Virus record (IMG/VR): IMGVR_UViG_3300020220_003261
DNA from: a virus
Strand: one strand, 5' to 3'
Length of the DNA: 64,000 nt
Position 1 is the stretch's first letter. Each line of letters opens with the position of its first letter. A program made the position numbers and the translations under genes. Positions 9,770-18,911 of the stretch are shown in pieces. Under the pieces are notes generated by a model. The model was not told the DNA's origin. It made no database searches and was given only the letters and a program-made list of their open reading frames with translations.

Positions 9770-9880
9770 ATGTTAATAAAAATTATATTTCAGCCAACAG
9801 AAGAGTCTACGAAACTAAATTTGGATACCGTGATAAAGGATGTTGCCTCCACTATTAAGACAGACATTCAAAACGGTTAA
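9770..9880 (+). CDS. Small protein, 36 aa (MLIKIIFQPTEESTKLNLDTVIKDVASTIKTDIQNG); not in ORF track
   Basis: ATG-to-TAA ORF that fills the gap between 9746 and 9887. Confidence 0.5.
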   Translation: MLIKIIFQPTEESTKLNLDTVIKDVASTIKTDIQNG

Positions 9881-9886
9881 AATACT

Positions 9887-10180
9887 ATGGGATTAGATAT
9901 TAAAGAAATAACTAAAGCTTGGTTTGATTCTTATTTTGCAAAAGAAGAACAAAAAGCTTTAGCAAAAAAAAGATTTGAAATATGTAAAAATTGTCCATCT
10001 TTAAAGAATAAGTTTCAAATACTTTGGCCAAAAATGGAAATAACAGTTTGTGGTGAATGTGGATGTCCAATAAAAAAAAAGATTTTTTCATCTAACTTTA
10101 ATGCGTGTCCATTAAAAAAATGGAAGGAGGTGGATATGGAAAATATGAAACTATTTGAAAAAAATAAAACTTTAATATAA
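9887..10180 (+). CDS. Cys-rich putative metal-binding protein
   Basis: CKNC..CGECGCP..CPLKKW; ends NKTLI. Confidence 0.65.
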   Translation: MGLDIKEITKAWFDSYFAKEEQKALAKKRFEICKNCPSLKNKFQILWPKMEITVCGECGCPIKKKIFSSNFNACPLKKWKEVDMENMKLFEKNKTLI

Positions 10181-10237
10181 ATTACTTAAAAGTGTGATTT
10201 ACTAAAAAATTTATAGTAAAGGAATAAATTAATTAAT

Positions 10238-10837
10238 GTGAATTATCCTTTTTATCAAGAAGTTATTTTTACGGGAGAAGAATGTAAAAAAATAATAGAA
10301 TATTCTAAAAAATATCCGGCACTCGCTGAAAAGAGAAAATTAGAACCAAAAATAGATTTGACCACAGGTAGAGTAGAACAATTGTTCCAATCTAACGATG
10401 GTGATAAGAAAGGAAAGGCTTTCTTCGTTTATGATATTGTTAGAGATGAGACTACTGAATGGGTTTTTAAAAAACTATTAAATTGGTTTCAAATGGTTTC
10501 GGATATTAAATTAAAAGAAACGCCCGTAGTAAATGGTATGACTCTACTTAATTATAGAGTTGGTGATTTTTTTATGAAACATACGGATATATATGAAAAT
10601 TTTGAGTGGAGAAGATGGACATTAAACATTCAATTAGGTAATCAATATAAAGGGGGTGATTATGTTTTGTATTTAGATGACAAAGAAGTTATCTTAAATA
10701 AAGATACGGGAAACGCAATTGCATATTGGGCCGGTACTGAACACGAAATAAAAGAAATAGAAGAAGGAGAAAGGTGGTCTATTGTTTGTACTATTACTAA
10801 GTATATGATTGTTGAAAAAGAAAAGAAGTTATTTTAA
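10238..10837 (+). CDS. 2OG-Fe(II) oxygenase
   Basis: KHTD, LNIQLGNQYKGGD, EHEI, GERWSIV. Confidence 0.85.
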   Translation: MNYPFYQEVIFTGEECKKIIEYSKKYPALAEKRKLEPKIDLTTGRVEQLFQSNDGDKKGKAFFVYDIVRDETTEWVFKKLLNWFQMVSDIKLKETPVVNGMTLLNYRVGDFFMKHTDIYENFEWRRWTLNIQLGNQYKGGDYVLYLDDKEVILNKDTGNAIAYWAGTEHEIKEIEEGERWSIVCTITKYMIVEKEKKLF

Positions 10838-10838
10838 A

Positions 10839-11531
10839 ATGTCCCTATTAATAAATGATGAGTTAATATGGGTATCAATACCGAAAAATGCGAGTCATTC
10901 GATTGAAAATTCACTTTATTTATCTAATCTTAAAATTGAAAACTTTGATTCCAAACTTAATAATTTAAATCCATCTAATCCAAAATTTTTGCATAAACAC
11001 CATAAGTTAGATGATATGTGTAAATATTGGAAAAACAAAAAATCAATTTGTGTAAAAAGAGACTTTGTGGATAGATGGATTTCCGCATTATCGTACACTT
11101 GGGACCAATTTAAAAAAAAAGAATTATCTCCGATTATTGAGTATGAGGATATAGACAATAATTTTATTTATAAAACCTTTGATAAAAAATTTTCAGATAT
11201 TTTATATGGTCATGATGGTAGAGTTGAAATTATAAAATATCTAATTAAAGATAAATTAAACGAAGATAGTTTATTTGAAAATAGAATAAGCGTATTTTTT
11301 TCACAAAATTATTGGCTTGGATTAAGTAAAAATTGTGATTATGAATTCAATATAAATGAGTTAGATAAGTTGGTTGATTTTATTGAAAACAAATATGGGG
11401 AAAAATTATTGTTAAATAAATTTAACGTATCAAAAAAACAAAGGAATAAAATAATAATAAATAACGAGTTTAAAAACCACATATGGGAGATTTTTGAAAA
11501 ACCATTTGTAAAAACGAAAAAAATTTTGTAA
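10839..11531 (+). CDS. Sulfotransferase-like protein (family 2-like)
   Basis: WVSIPKNASHSI PAPS-binding loop, KRDFVDRWISA; start moved to ATG 10839. Confidence 0.7.
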   Translation: MSLLINDELIWVSIPKNASHSIENSLYLSNLKIENFDSKLNNLNPSNPKFLHKHHKLDDMCKYWKNKKSICVKRDFVDRWISALSYTWDQFKKKELSPIIEYEDIDNNFIYKTFDKKFSDILYGHDGRVEIIKYLIKDKLNEDSLFENRISVFFSQNYWLGLSKNCDYEFNINELDKLVDFIENKYGEKLLLNKFNVSKKQRNKIIINNEFKNHIWEIFEKPFVKTKKIL

Positions 11532-11536
11532 ATAAG

Positions 11537-12154
11537 ATGCACGGTAAAGAAAAAATAAAGATTTCTAAAGATGAGATAAAAATTATTAATAGTAATTTGC
11601 CAACAAATACTATAATGCATTCGGGTGAAAAACATTTAATGGCTAGACTTGCGGACATTGCAACAAAAAATGGCGGTGATATTTTAGAAATTGGTTTTGG
11701 TTTACACCTATCCGCCGATGCTGTTCAGAGTAATCCAAATGTAAAATCACATACTATCATTGAAATACATCCTGAAATATATAAATCGGCATTAACTTGG
11801 GCAAAAGATAAACCAAATGTTAATATTATTTTAGGTGATTGGATTAAAATTTTACCAATATTAGGGGGAAAATTTGATGGTATAATTCACGATACTCATA
11901 TAGATAGAAACATTCCATTTTTTTTGGATTATGTTAAAAATAATTGTAAAAAGGGTGCCATTGTCGCTTTTTTTGAGTATATGTTATTTGATACAAGATT
12001 TAATGGAGTTAGATATAAATTGAACAAAGAAGACTACGATTCTTTACCTTACAGAAATAATCAATGTTTTTTTAATTACGAATACGAATTAAAATATACA
12101 ACATTTAATGGTATTGATTTTTATTCAGATAGAAAAGTTGACAAATTAATTTAA
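11537..12154 (+). CDS. Guanidinoacetate/arginine N-methyltransferase-like (GAMT/Rmt2-like)
   Basis: MHSGEKHLM..GGDILEIGFGL..HTIIEIHP..WA..GDW..FDGIIHDT. Confidence 0.7.
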   Translation: MHGKEKIKISKDEIKIINSNLPTNTIMHSGEKHLMARLADIATKNGGDILEIGFGLHLSADAVQSNPNVKSHTIIEIHPEIYKSALTWAKDKPNVNIILGDWIKILPILGGKFDGIIHDTHIDRNIPFFLDYVKNNCKKGAIVAFFEYMLFDTRFNGVRYKLNKEDYDSLPYRNNQCFFNYEYELKYTTFNGIDFYSDRKVDKLI

Positions 12155-12156
12155 AA

Positions 12157-13203
12157 ATGATTGATTTAAAGAATTATATATGTAGAGTACCTTTTGATTC
12201 ATTAGAAATACATAATAATGTTTGTTTTGTCTGCTGTCCTTCTTGGTTACCAAATAGAGTAGAACTAAATAAAATTCCATTAAGAGATGTTTATAATAGT
12301 AAACCAATAATTGATATTCGAAAATCAATTTTGGATGGTACATTTAAATACTGTGATAAAGAAATGTGTCCTCATTTGAGTAAAGTAATAAAATATGATA
12401 TTCCTGCAGGCCCGATTATTAAAAAAAATAGTGTAGAAAAATTTGATTTAATAATAAAAAATAATACACCAGATAATGTGGTAATGAACTTTGATAGAAC
12501 ATGTAATTATAAATGCCCTTCGTGTAGAATAAATTTAATTGTTGAGGATAGTAATGGAATTAAAAGAATTGAAAAAACAATAGAAGAAATTGATACTTAC
12601 TATTCTGCAAATGTAAAAACATTGTATATTACAGGTACAGGCGACCCATTTGTATCAGTAGGGTTTAGAAATTATTTAAGAAATTTTAACACTAAAAAAT
12701 ATCCAAAATTACAATCAATACATTTACATACAAACGCATCAATGTGGAATCAAGAAATGTGGGAATCAATGCCAAACGTACACAAATATGTAAAAACGTG
12801 TGAAATTAGTATTGATGCCGGAACAAAGGATACTTATGAAAATAAAACTAGATTGGGTGGTAATTGGGAAAATTTACTAAATAACTTAAAGTTTATATCT
12901 ACGATACCAACATTGTATAGAGTTAAAACATCATTTGTGGTACAAGATTCCAATTATATGGAAATGGAAACATTTTATAATTTAATGTATTCTATATTTG
13001 GTGAAAAAGTAAATGTATTTTTTGGTAAAATAACAAATTGGGGAACATATTCTGAAGGTGAGTTTAAATTAAAGCAAGTTTGGAATTTTGAACATCCGGA
13101 ACATATGTTATTTAAAAAAGAATTTAATAAGATATGGAGGAACCAACGACTTTTTCATAATTTATATGAGTTCATTGATAATACAAATAAAACGTTAATA
13201 TAA
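12157..13203 (+). CDS. Radical SAM protein with N-terminal Cys-rich auxiliary domain
   Basis: CNYKCPSC (CxxxCxxC), GTGDPF, HTNA, ISIDAG; N-terminal CRVPF..CFVCC..CDKEMC. Confidence 0.9.
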   Translation: MIDLKNYICRVPFDSLEIHNNVCFVCCPSWLPNRVELNKIPLRDVYNSKPIIDIRKSILDGTFKYCDKEMCPHLSKVIKYDIPAGPIIKKNSVEKFDLIIKNNTPDNVVMNFDRTCNYKCPSCRINLIVEDSNGIKRIEKTIEEIDTYYSANVKTLYITGTGDPFVSVGFRNYLRNFNTKKYPKLQSIHLHTNASMWNQEMWESMPNVHKYVKTCEISIDAGTKDTYENKTRLGGNWENLLNNLKFISTIPTLYRVKTSFVVQDSNYMEMETFYNLMYSIFGEKVNVFFGKITNWGTYSEGEFKLKQVWNFEHPEHMLFKKEFNKIWRNQRLFHNLYEFIDNTNKTLI

Positions 13204-13700
13204 TGAAGATTTTATTAATAACCCTACCCAGAACAGGATCCACTTCATTATTAAAAAATTTATCAGAACAATATAATTTAAATGCAATAAGTGAACCATT
13301 CAACCCATCTACTAAAAATTTAGAACAATATAAAAATTTTGATTGGAATACTACAAATGAAATATGTGTTAAAACCCATATAAATCACAAAGACATATCA
13401 TTCTATACAGATTTTGTAAAACTATTTGATAAAGTAATTTTAGTATCTAGAAAGGATTTAAAGTTGTGTGCTGAGAGTTTGGCATATGCAAATCATTTTG
13501 GAAATTTTAGTGAAAAATACAAATGGATTAATACACCTAATTTAACACATAATGTAAAATTAGTAAAAAAATTTGACGCAGATTTAAAAAAATTATCAGA
13601 ACTAATTAATATTGATATATTATACTATGAAGATTTGTTTGATATAAATTCTGAAAATAAATTAAGAAAAAATGTTGTTAAAAGAAAAAATCTTATTTAG
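13203..13700 (+). CDS. Short sulfotransferase-like (P-loop-like) protein
   Basis: LPRTGSTS, SEPFN, VKTH, YYEDLF. Confidence 0.6.
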   Translation: MKILLITLPRTGSTSLLKNLSEQYNLNAISEPFNPSTKNLEQYKNFDWNTTNEICVKTHINHKDISFYTDFVKLFDKVILVSRKDLKLCAESLAYANHFGNFSEKYKWINTPNLTHNVKLVKKFDADLKKLSELINIDILYYEDLFDINSENKLRKNVVKRKNLI

Positions 13701-14190
13701 TAAAAAAGAGTGTGAATATATTATTGAGTTATCTAAAAATTTACCAAATACTAAACCATACACTAGTAAAAGTGACCAATTTAAAGTTTCTTATGATGCT
13801 TGGAAATTAATTTTAGATAATAATTCTCAATGGATTTTTGATAAAATCACTCAATACTTTACATATGCAACTAATCTAAAAATAAAAAAAGAATTAAGTA
13901 CGTTATATATCCACAAATATAATGTAGGTCAACAATTTGAAAAGCATAACGATACGCAATATAAAACTCAAATACACAATGTAGGTGTATGTTTAAATGA
14001 TGATTATGTAGGTGGTGATTTTATCTTATATAATCCAAAGGAAATACTACCGAAAAGACAAGGTGAAATATACACATTTCCTAGTAGTAGATTTCATGAG
14101 GTTGAACAAATAGTAAAGGGTGAACGATGGAGTATAATTGGATTTATACATATAGAAAATATTTATTTATCTAATAAAACTTTAATATGA
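13672..14190 (+). CDS. 2OG-Fe(II) oxygenase
   Basis: KHND, VCLNDDYVGGDF, FHEV, GERWSII. Confidence 0.85.
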   Translation: MLLKEKILFSKKECEYIIELSKNLPNTKPYTSKSDQFKVSYDAWKLILDNNSQWIFDKITQYFTYATNLKIKKELSTLYIHKYNVGQQFEKHNDTQYKTQIHNVGVCLNDDYVGGDFILYNPKEILPKRQGEIYTFPSSRFHEVEQIVKGERWSIIGFIHIENIYLSNKTLI

Positions 14191-14744
14191 AAATCGCAAT
14201 AACCGGTCACAGCGATGGCGTTGGTAAAAGTATTTATGAAAAACTTTTGAAAGAGTTTAGTGTAATTGGACTAAGTAGGACTAATGGATATGATATTAAA
14301 AACGTTGACGAAATATTGAAACAAGTAGAAGAGTGTGATGTTTTTATTAATAACGCTTTCCAACAAAACTACCAAACGTTATTATTTGAAAAACTTTTTT
14401 ACAGATGGAAATATACCACAAAGTTAATTATTAATATGAACAGTAGTTGTGTATACGAGTCGTCAGACTGGAATCCGACATATGCGAATATTAAAAAGGA
14501 TTTTAAAGAAGTTTCTATGAATATCATAAGAAGCAATATTGATAAGAAAGTTAGGATAACTAATTTGTATCCATCAACACTATCTTCTCACACAAGATTT
14601 GAAAAATTAAATAAAATTGATATTAACTATATTTCAGACGTTATTCTTTGGTTAGTGTCTCAACCTAAAGAGGTCGAAATAAGAGAAATGAGTATTTATA
14701 GTACAACTTTGGAGAAAGAATTTAAAATAGATAAGTTAATGTGA
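14187..14744 (+). CDS. Short-chain dehydrogenase/reductase (compact)
   Basis: ITGHSDGVG, FINNA, YANIK (YxxxK). Confidence 0.8.
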   Translation: MKIAITGHSDGVGKSIYEKLLKEFSVIGLSRTNGYDIKNVDEILKQVEECDVFINNAFQQNYQTLLFEKLFYRWKYTTKLIINMNSSCVYESSDWNPTYANIKKDFKEVSMNIIRSNIDKKVRITNLYPSTLSSHTRFEKLNKIDINYISDVILWLVSQPKEVEIREMSIYSTTLEKEFKIDKLM

Positions 14745-15280
14745 ATGTTTGTATAGTTTGTTATAGTAGAGTCGGTGGTACATCTTTTGGAAAATGGTTA
14801 AGTTTAGAATTAAACTACACTTATATACAGGAACCATTTAATCAAAATCATAACGAATTATATAAAAACACAGATTATTCCGAAAATAAATTTGTTATAA
14901 AATTAGAACCTGAACAAGTTGAATTAATTAAAACAGATAAAAAAACGATTGGATTAATAAGAGAAAACACAATGGATTGTGCAATAAGTTTACTACATTG
15001 TTTAGAAAGTGGTAAATGGCACAGAGAATATAGTGTAAATCAAAATTAGATTGATTACAACAAAAAAAGGTTAGAAGAAATAGAACTACAAATAAAAAAT
15101 CAGAACACTAATATTAAAAAAATGAATACGGATATTTTAGTAACATATGAAGGTATATATAATACACGTTCAGATATACTAAAACTAAAAGAATTTTTTA
15201 ATATTAAAAATTTTTCATATATTTCTACATATTTAAACCCAAAAATACGTTATAGAAATGGTAATAAAATAATAATATAA
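14741..15280 (+). pseudogene. Sulfotransferase-like gene interrupted by one in-frame TAG at 15047-15049
   Basis: YSRVGGTS and QEPFN resemble 13203..13700; the frame stays open for 76 codons after the TAG (IDYNKKR..TYEGIY..GNKIII-stop). Confidence 0.7.
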
Positions 15281-15350
15281 ATTTGGAGCGATTCTCATTA
15301 CTTTGGTTCTTGCAAAAAGAAAATATAAAATTTAAAACAAATAAACTATT

Positions 15351-16148
15351 ATGAATCCTTTACAATATTGGAAACCAGAAGGATTCGAAATTTCATCTTA
15401 CAAATATTCATTAAGAGAAAGAGTAAATCAAACATATACAACTTCGGGTGGAGATAATACAAATTTATGTACTTACACATATAATGAATTGGGATTTAGA
15501 GGTGATAGTATAAAAAAAGAAGGTTTCAAAGTAATGTCATTAGGATGTTCAATCACAGAAGGGGTTGGGGTAAATGATGACGAGACCTGGCCCGCGCAAT
15601 TTTGTAACCATATTGAAAACGGGGTAAATTTAAATTTTGGAACCGGAGGAAGAAGTAACGATTTTATTTGCAGATGTTTAATAAGTTATTATGATTTAAT
15701 ACAACCTGATTTAGTTTTAATTATGTATACATTTCCGCATAGAAGAGAAGTTTATACAGAAGATAACGGAATAGAACCATATGTACCAACAAAAGTTTGG
15801 GGAAAATTATTAGAAACTAAAGAGGGACAAATTATACAAAATAGTATGGATGTTTTACAAAACGATAACTCTGATTTTATAAACTGGTATAAAAATCATA
15901 TTCTAATTAAGTACTTTTTAGAAAGTAAAAAATGTAATTGGTTGTGGAATGGGAAAAACTTAAATATCAATTACAATGAATTCAATAGATTTGATGGGGA
16001 AAAATCATTTTTAGATAAGGGAAGTGACGATAAGCACCCTGGTCCAAAAACACATAATAGAGATGCAAATTTATTATACGATTATATTAGAATGAAATTT
16101 CCAAACTATATTCCAAAAAACGAACATGCCTTTCTTAAAATAATTTAG
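15351..16148 (+). CDS. SGNH/GDSL-like fold protein
   Basis: SLGCSITEGVGV, GTGGRSND, DDKHPG. Confidence 0.6.
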   Translation: MNPLQYWKPEGFEISSYKYSLRERVNQTYTTSGGDNTNLCTYTYNELGFRGDSIKKEGFKVMSLGCSITEGVGVNDDETWPAQFCNHIENGVNLNFGTGGRSNDFICRCLISYYDLIQPDLVLIMYTFPHRREVYTEDNGIEPYVPTKVWGKLLETKEGQIIQNSMDVLQNDNSDFINWYKNHILIKYFLESKKCNWLWNGKNLNINYNEFNRFDGEKSFLDKGSDDKHPGPKTHNRDANLLYDYIRMKFPNYIPKNEHAFLKII

Positions 16149-16184
16149 TTGGTTTTTCCCTATTTTTTTCGTATATTTTATACG

Positions 16185-18911
16185 ATGAAAATACTCGCTC
16201 ACGCCCCTTTTATTGGAACGACTGGTTATGCTAATCATGCTCGTTCCTTTTTTTGTGCTCTAAACAAATATCATATTGTTAAAATACGTAATCTAACCAT
16301 AGGAAATAGTTGGAAAGGAATGAACAATCGTCCACATGACGGCGAATCCTATTTCACTAAAGAAATGGAAAAAATGTTGATTTTACAAACACTACACAGA
16401 TCTGATGGAAATGGTAGAATTGACGAACCCATGTATGGTTATAAAGGAGATTTTGTTCCTGATGTTCATATTGTTTTAATGGAAACTAATAATCATTATT
16501 TTTATGATGATTATGAAGGTTATAAAATTGCGTATAATGTTTGGGAATCAACAAGATATCCTGAAGAATTTTTTCAAAGACTTTTTTATTTTGATGAGGT
16601 TTGGGTTCCGACTCAATGGCAGTTTGATTGTTTAGTTGAACAAGGATATCCATCTTATAAAATATTCGTAGTTCCCGAAGGTGTAGATGTAGATGTTTTT
16701 AAACCTATAAATAAATTTCCAAAAAGAGATAAGATTAGATTTGTCCTTTTTGGAAGATGGGACTATAGAAAGGGGACTACAGAAATTTTACAAGCATTCT
16801 CTGAGGAATTTAAAGATAACGATGATATCGAATTGTTAGCATCAGTTGAGAATCCGTATCCTTATGATGGTTTATATTCAACCGAAGAAAGAATTAAACA
16901 TTACAATATAGACACAAAAAATATTCAGTTTTTAAAATTTCCATCAAGAGAACATTATGTAAATTATCTACAAACTGCACAAGTTTTTGTCTCATGTTCT
17001 AGAAGTGAGGGATGGAATTTACCATTAATTGAGGCAATGGCGTGTGGAACACCATCAATATATTCAAACTGGGGTGGTCAATTACAGTTCGCAAAAGATA
17101 AGGGTATTCCTGTTGATATAAAAGGATTAAGACCTGCAAATATAGAACATAAAGAATGGCCTGGAGAATACTGTGAACCAGATTGGAAAGATCTCAGATA
17201 TAAAATGAGGGAAGCTTACAACTATCATTCTGCTATGTGGATAAAAGCGGTAGATGACGCGAAAGATATTCATAAAAAATTTAATTGGAATACTATAGCC
17301 AAGGGTGCATCTGATATTTTGACGAGAAATAAAAAACCATTTGCGTTTGTTACAACTGGCAACATTGGTTATATGCCAGTAATAGAAAAACTTGTTCAGT
17401 CATTATTAGAATTTTCTGAACAAAAAATTATTGTATATGGTGTAGATTGTGATGTTCCTTTTGATTATCCAAATGTAATTAAAAGAAGAATCAACCCACC
17501 AAAAATATCTGAACACGATAAATGGTATTGGAAACAACATGCTTGTGCTGAATCACTGAAAGAAATTTTTGATTATTTTATTTGGATAGATGGTGATGTA
17601 GTTGTAAATTATAACATAGACAATGTCCGTCAGTATTTCAATAAAGTTGGTAAATATCCATTGTCAGATATACACGTTCAAGAGGAATTTTTTGGTTTAT
17701 ATGACAAAGGAAATAAATCACAATTGTTTAATCAACAATTAAGTCATGAATGGGGCGTAAAGAAATCAAATCCATACGCACATGTTTGTTTTTACATATA
17801 TAATTTAGAATCTAAACTTTGGTTTGAAGAAATTATCAATCATTATGAAACTATAATGAAAAATAACCCGAGTGATTATAAAAGACTTTATTTATGGAAC
17901 GATGAAGGAATAGATAATGCAATGAGATGGAAATATGGTTTCACAAATCATTTACCATTATCTAATTTTGACACATCGTCATATGACGGTGATGAAGGGT
18001 ATATAAATCAAACTTTAAATCAATTTTATAAATTTTGGAATGAGGATGGACCACAAAATTTCAATAGAATATTTGGATATCAATTTATACCCAAAGATAA
18101 ATCAAACATAATTTATTTTCACGGTAATAAAAACGCACAGGTATCTGATAAAATGATTGAATTTATAAAAATGAAAAGAGACAATTCTTTTTATAAATCG
18201 AAATGTTTTTATTGTGATCTTTATAAATTAGAAAACTTTGATAGCTTATTCGAATGTGAAGGAAGTACTTTAGATATTGCTGACAAATTTGGTTGGTCGG
18301 CGGCAATCTTTCATGAAATATATAACCTGAGAGATTATTATAGGAATAGAGAAAAAAGAATACACGAGGGTGATATTGTCGTTGATTTAGGCGGAAATAT
18401 TGGTATCTTTAATAGATGGGCCTATAATGAAGGTGCAAGTAAAGTTATATCTTTTGAACCAGACAAAAGGTACTTTAAATTACTTTCATTAAATGCGGAC
18501 CCACGTTCAATTTTGTTTAATGCAGCTGTTAGTAATCAAATAAATGAAATGACTTTATACGAGAGTACACACTTAGGTGGATCAAATTTATTTAGAATAC
18601 AACAGAATTCAACTTCGTATAGTGTTAGAACTTACAATTTAGATTATCTATTTGAGTCCAACTTAATTGATAGGATTGATTTTTTAAAGATTGATATCGA
18701 AGGTTCTGAACACTATGCTCTATCAGGAATTAGTGATGAAAACTTGATGAAGGTAAAAACAATCTCGATTGAGTATCACCATTCACATTTTAATTATGAT
18801 GAAGAACTAAGACAGAAACTTATAAACAGAATGATTATACTCGGATTTAATTCTTATCTTATGTTTATGGGTTCAAATAATGCATCACAAATGATATATT
18901 TTAATAGATGA
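16185..18911 (+). CDS. Multidomain GT4 glycosyltransferase + GT-A-like domain + FkbM-family methyltransferase
   Basis: TGYANHAR..SRSEGWNLPLIEAMACG (GT4); WIDGD (DxD); VVDLGGNIG..FEP..LKIDIEGSE (FkbM); start moved to ATG 16185. Confidence 0.85.
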   Translation: MKILAHAPFIGTTGYANHARSFFCALNKYHIVKIRNLTIGNSWKGMNNRPHDGESYFTKEMEKMLILQTLHRSDGNGRIDEPMYGYKGDFVPDVHIVLMETNNHYFYDDYEGYKIAYNVWESTRYPEEFFQRLFYFDEVWVPTQWQFDCLVEQGYPSYKIFVVPEGVDVDVFKPINKFPKRDKIRFVLFGRWDYRKGTTEILQAFSEEFKDNDDIELLASVENPYPYDGLYSTEERIKHYNIDTKNIQFLKFPSREHYVNYLQTAQVFVSCSRSEGWNLPLIEAMACGTPSIYSNWGGQLQFAKDKGIPVDIKGLRPANIEHKEWPGEYCEPDWKDLRYKMREAYNYHSAMWIKAVDDAKDIHKKFNWNTIAKGASDILTRNKKPFAFVTTGNIGYMPVIEKLVQSLLEFSEQKIIVYGVDCDVPFDYPNVIKRRINPPKISEHDKWYWKQHACAESLKEIFDYFIWIDGDVVVNYNIDNVRQYFNKVGKYPLSDIHVQEEFFGLYDKGNKSQLFNQQLSHEWGVKKSNPYAHVCFYIYNLESKLWFEEIINHYETIMKNNPSDYKRLYLWNDEGIDNAMRWKYGFTNHLPLSNFDTSSYDGDEGYINQTLNQFYKFWNEDGPQNFNRIFGYQFIPKDKSNIIYFHGNKNAQVSDKMIEFIKMKRDNSFYKSKCFYCDLYKLENFDSLFECEGSTLDIADKFGWSAAIFHEIYNLRDYYRNREKRIHEGDIVVDLGGNIGIFNRWAYNEGASKVISFEPDKRYFKLLSLNADPRSILFNAAVSNQINEMTLYESTHLGGSNLFRIQQNSTSYSVRTYNLDYLFESNLIDRIDFLKIDIEGSEHYALSGISDENLMKVKTISIEYHHSHFNYDEELRQKLINRMIILGFNSYLMFMGSNNASQMIYFNR

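Noticed and set aside
16146-16184. Read-through fusion of 15351..16148 with the in-frame GT gene
   Set aside because: The upstream protein ends in the cluster tag, and the gap is a T-rich promoter-like spacer before a good ATG at 16185; frame sharing has a 1-in-3 chance.
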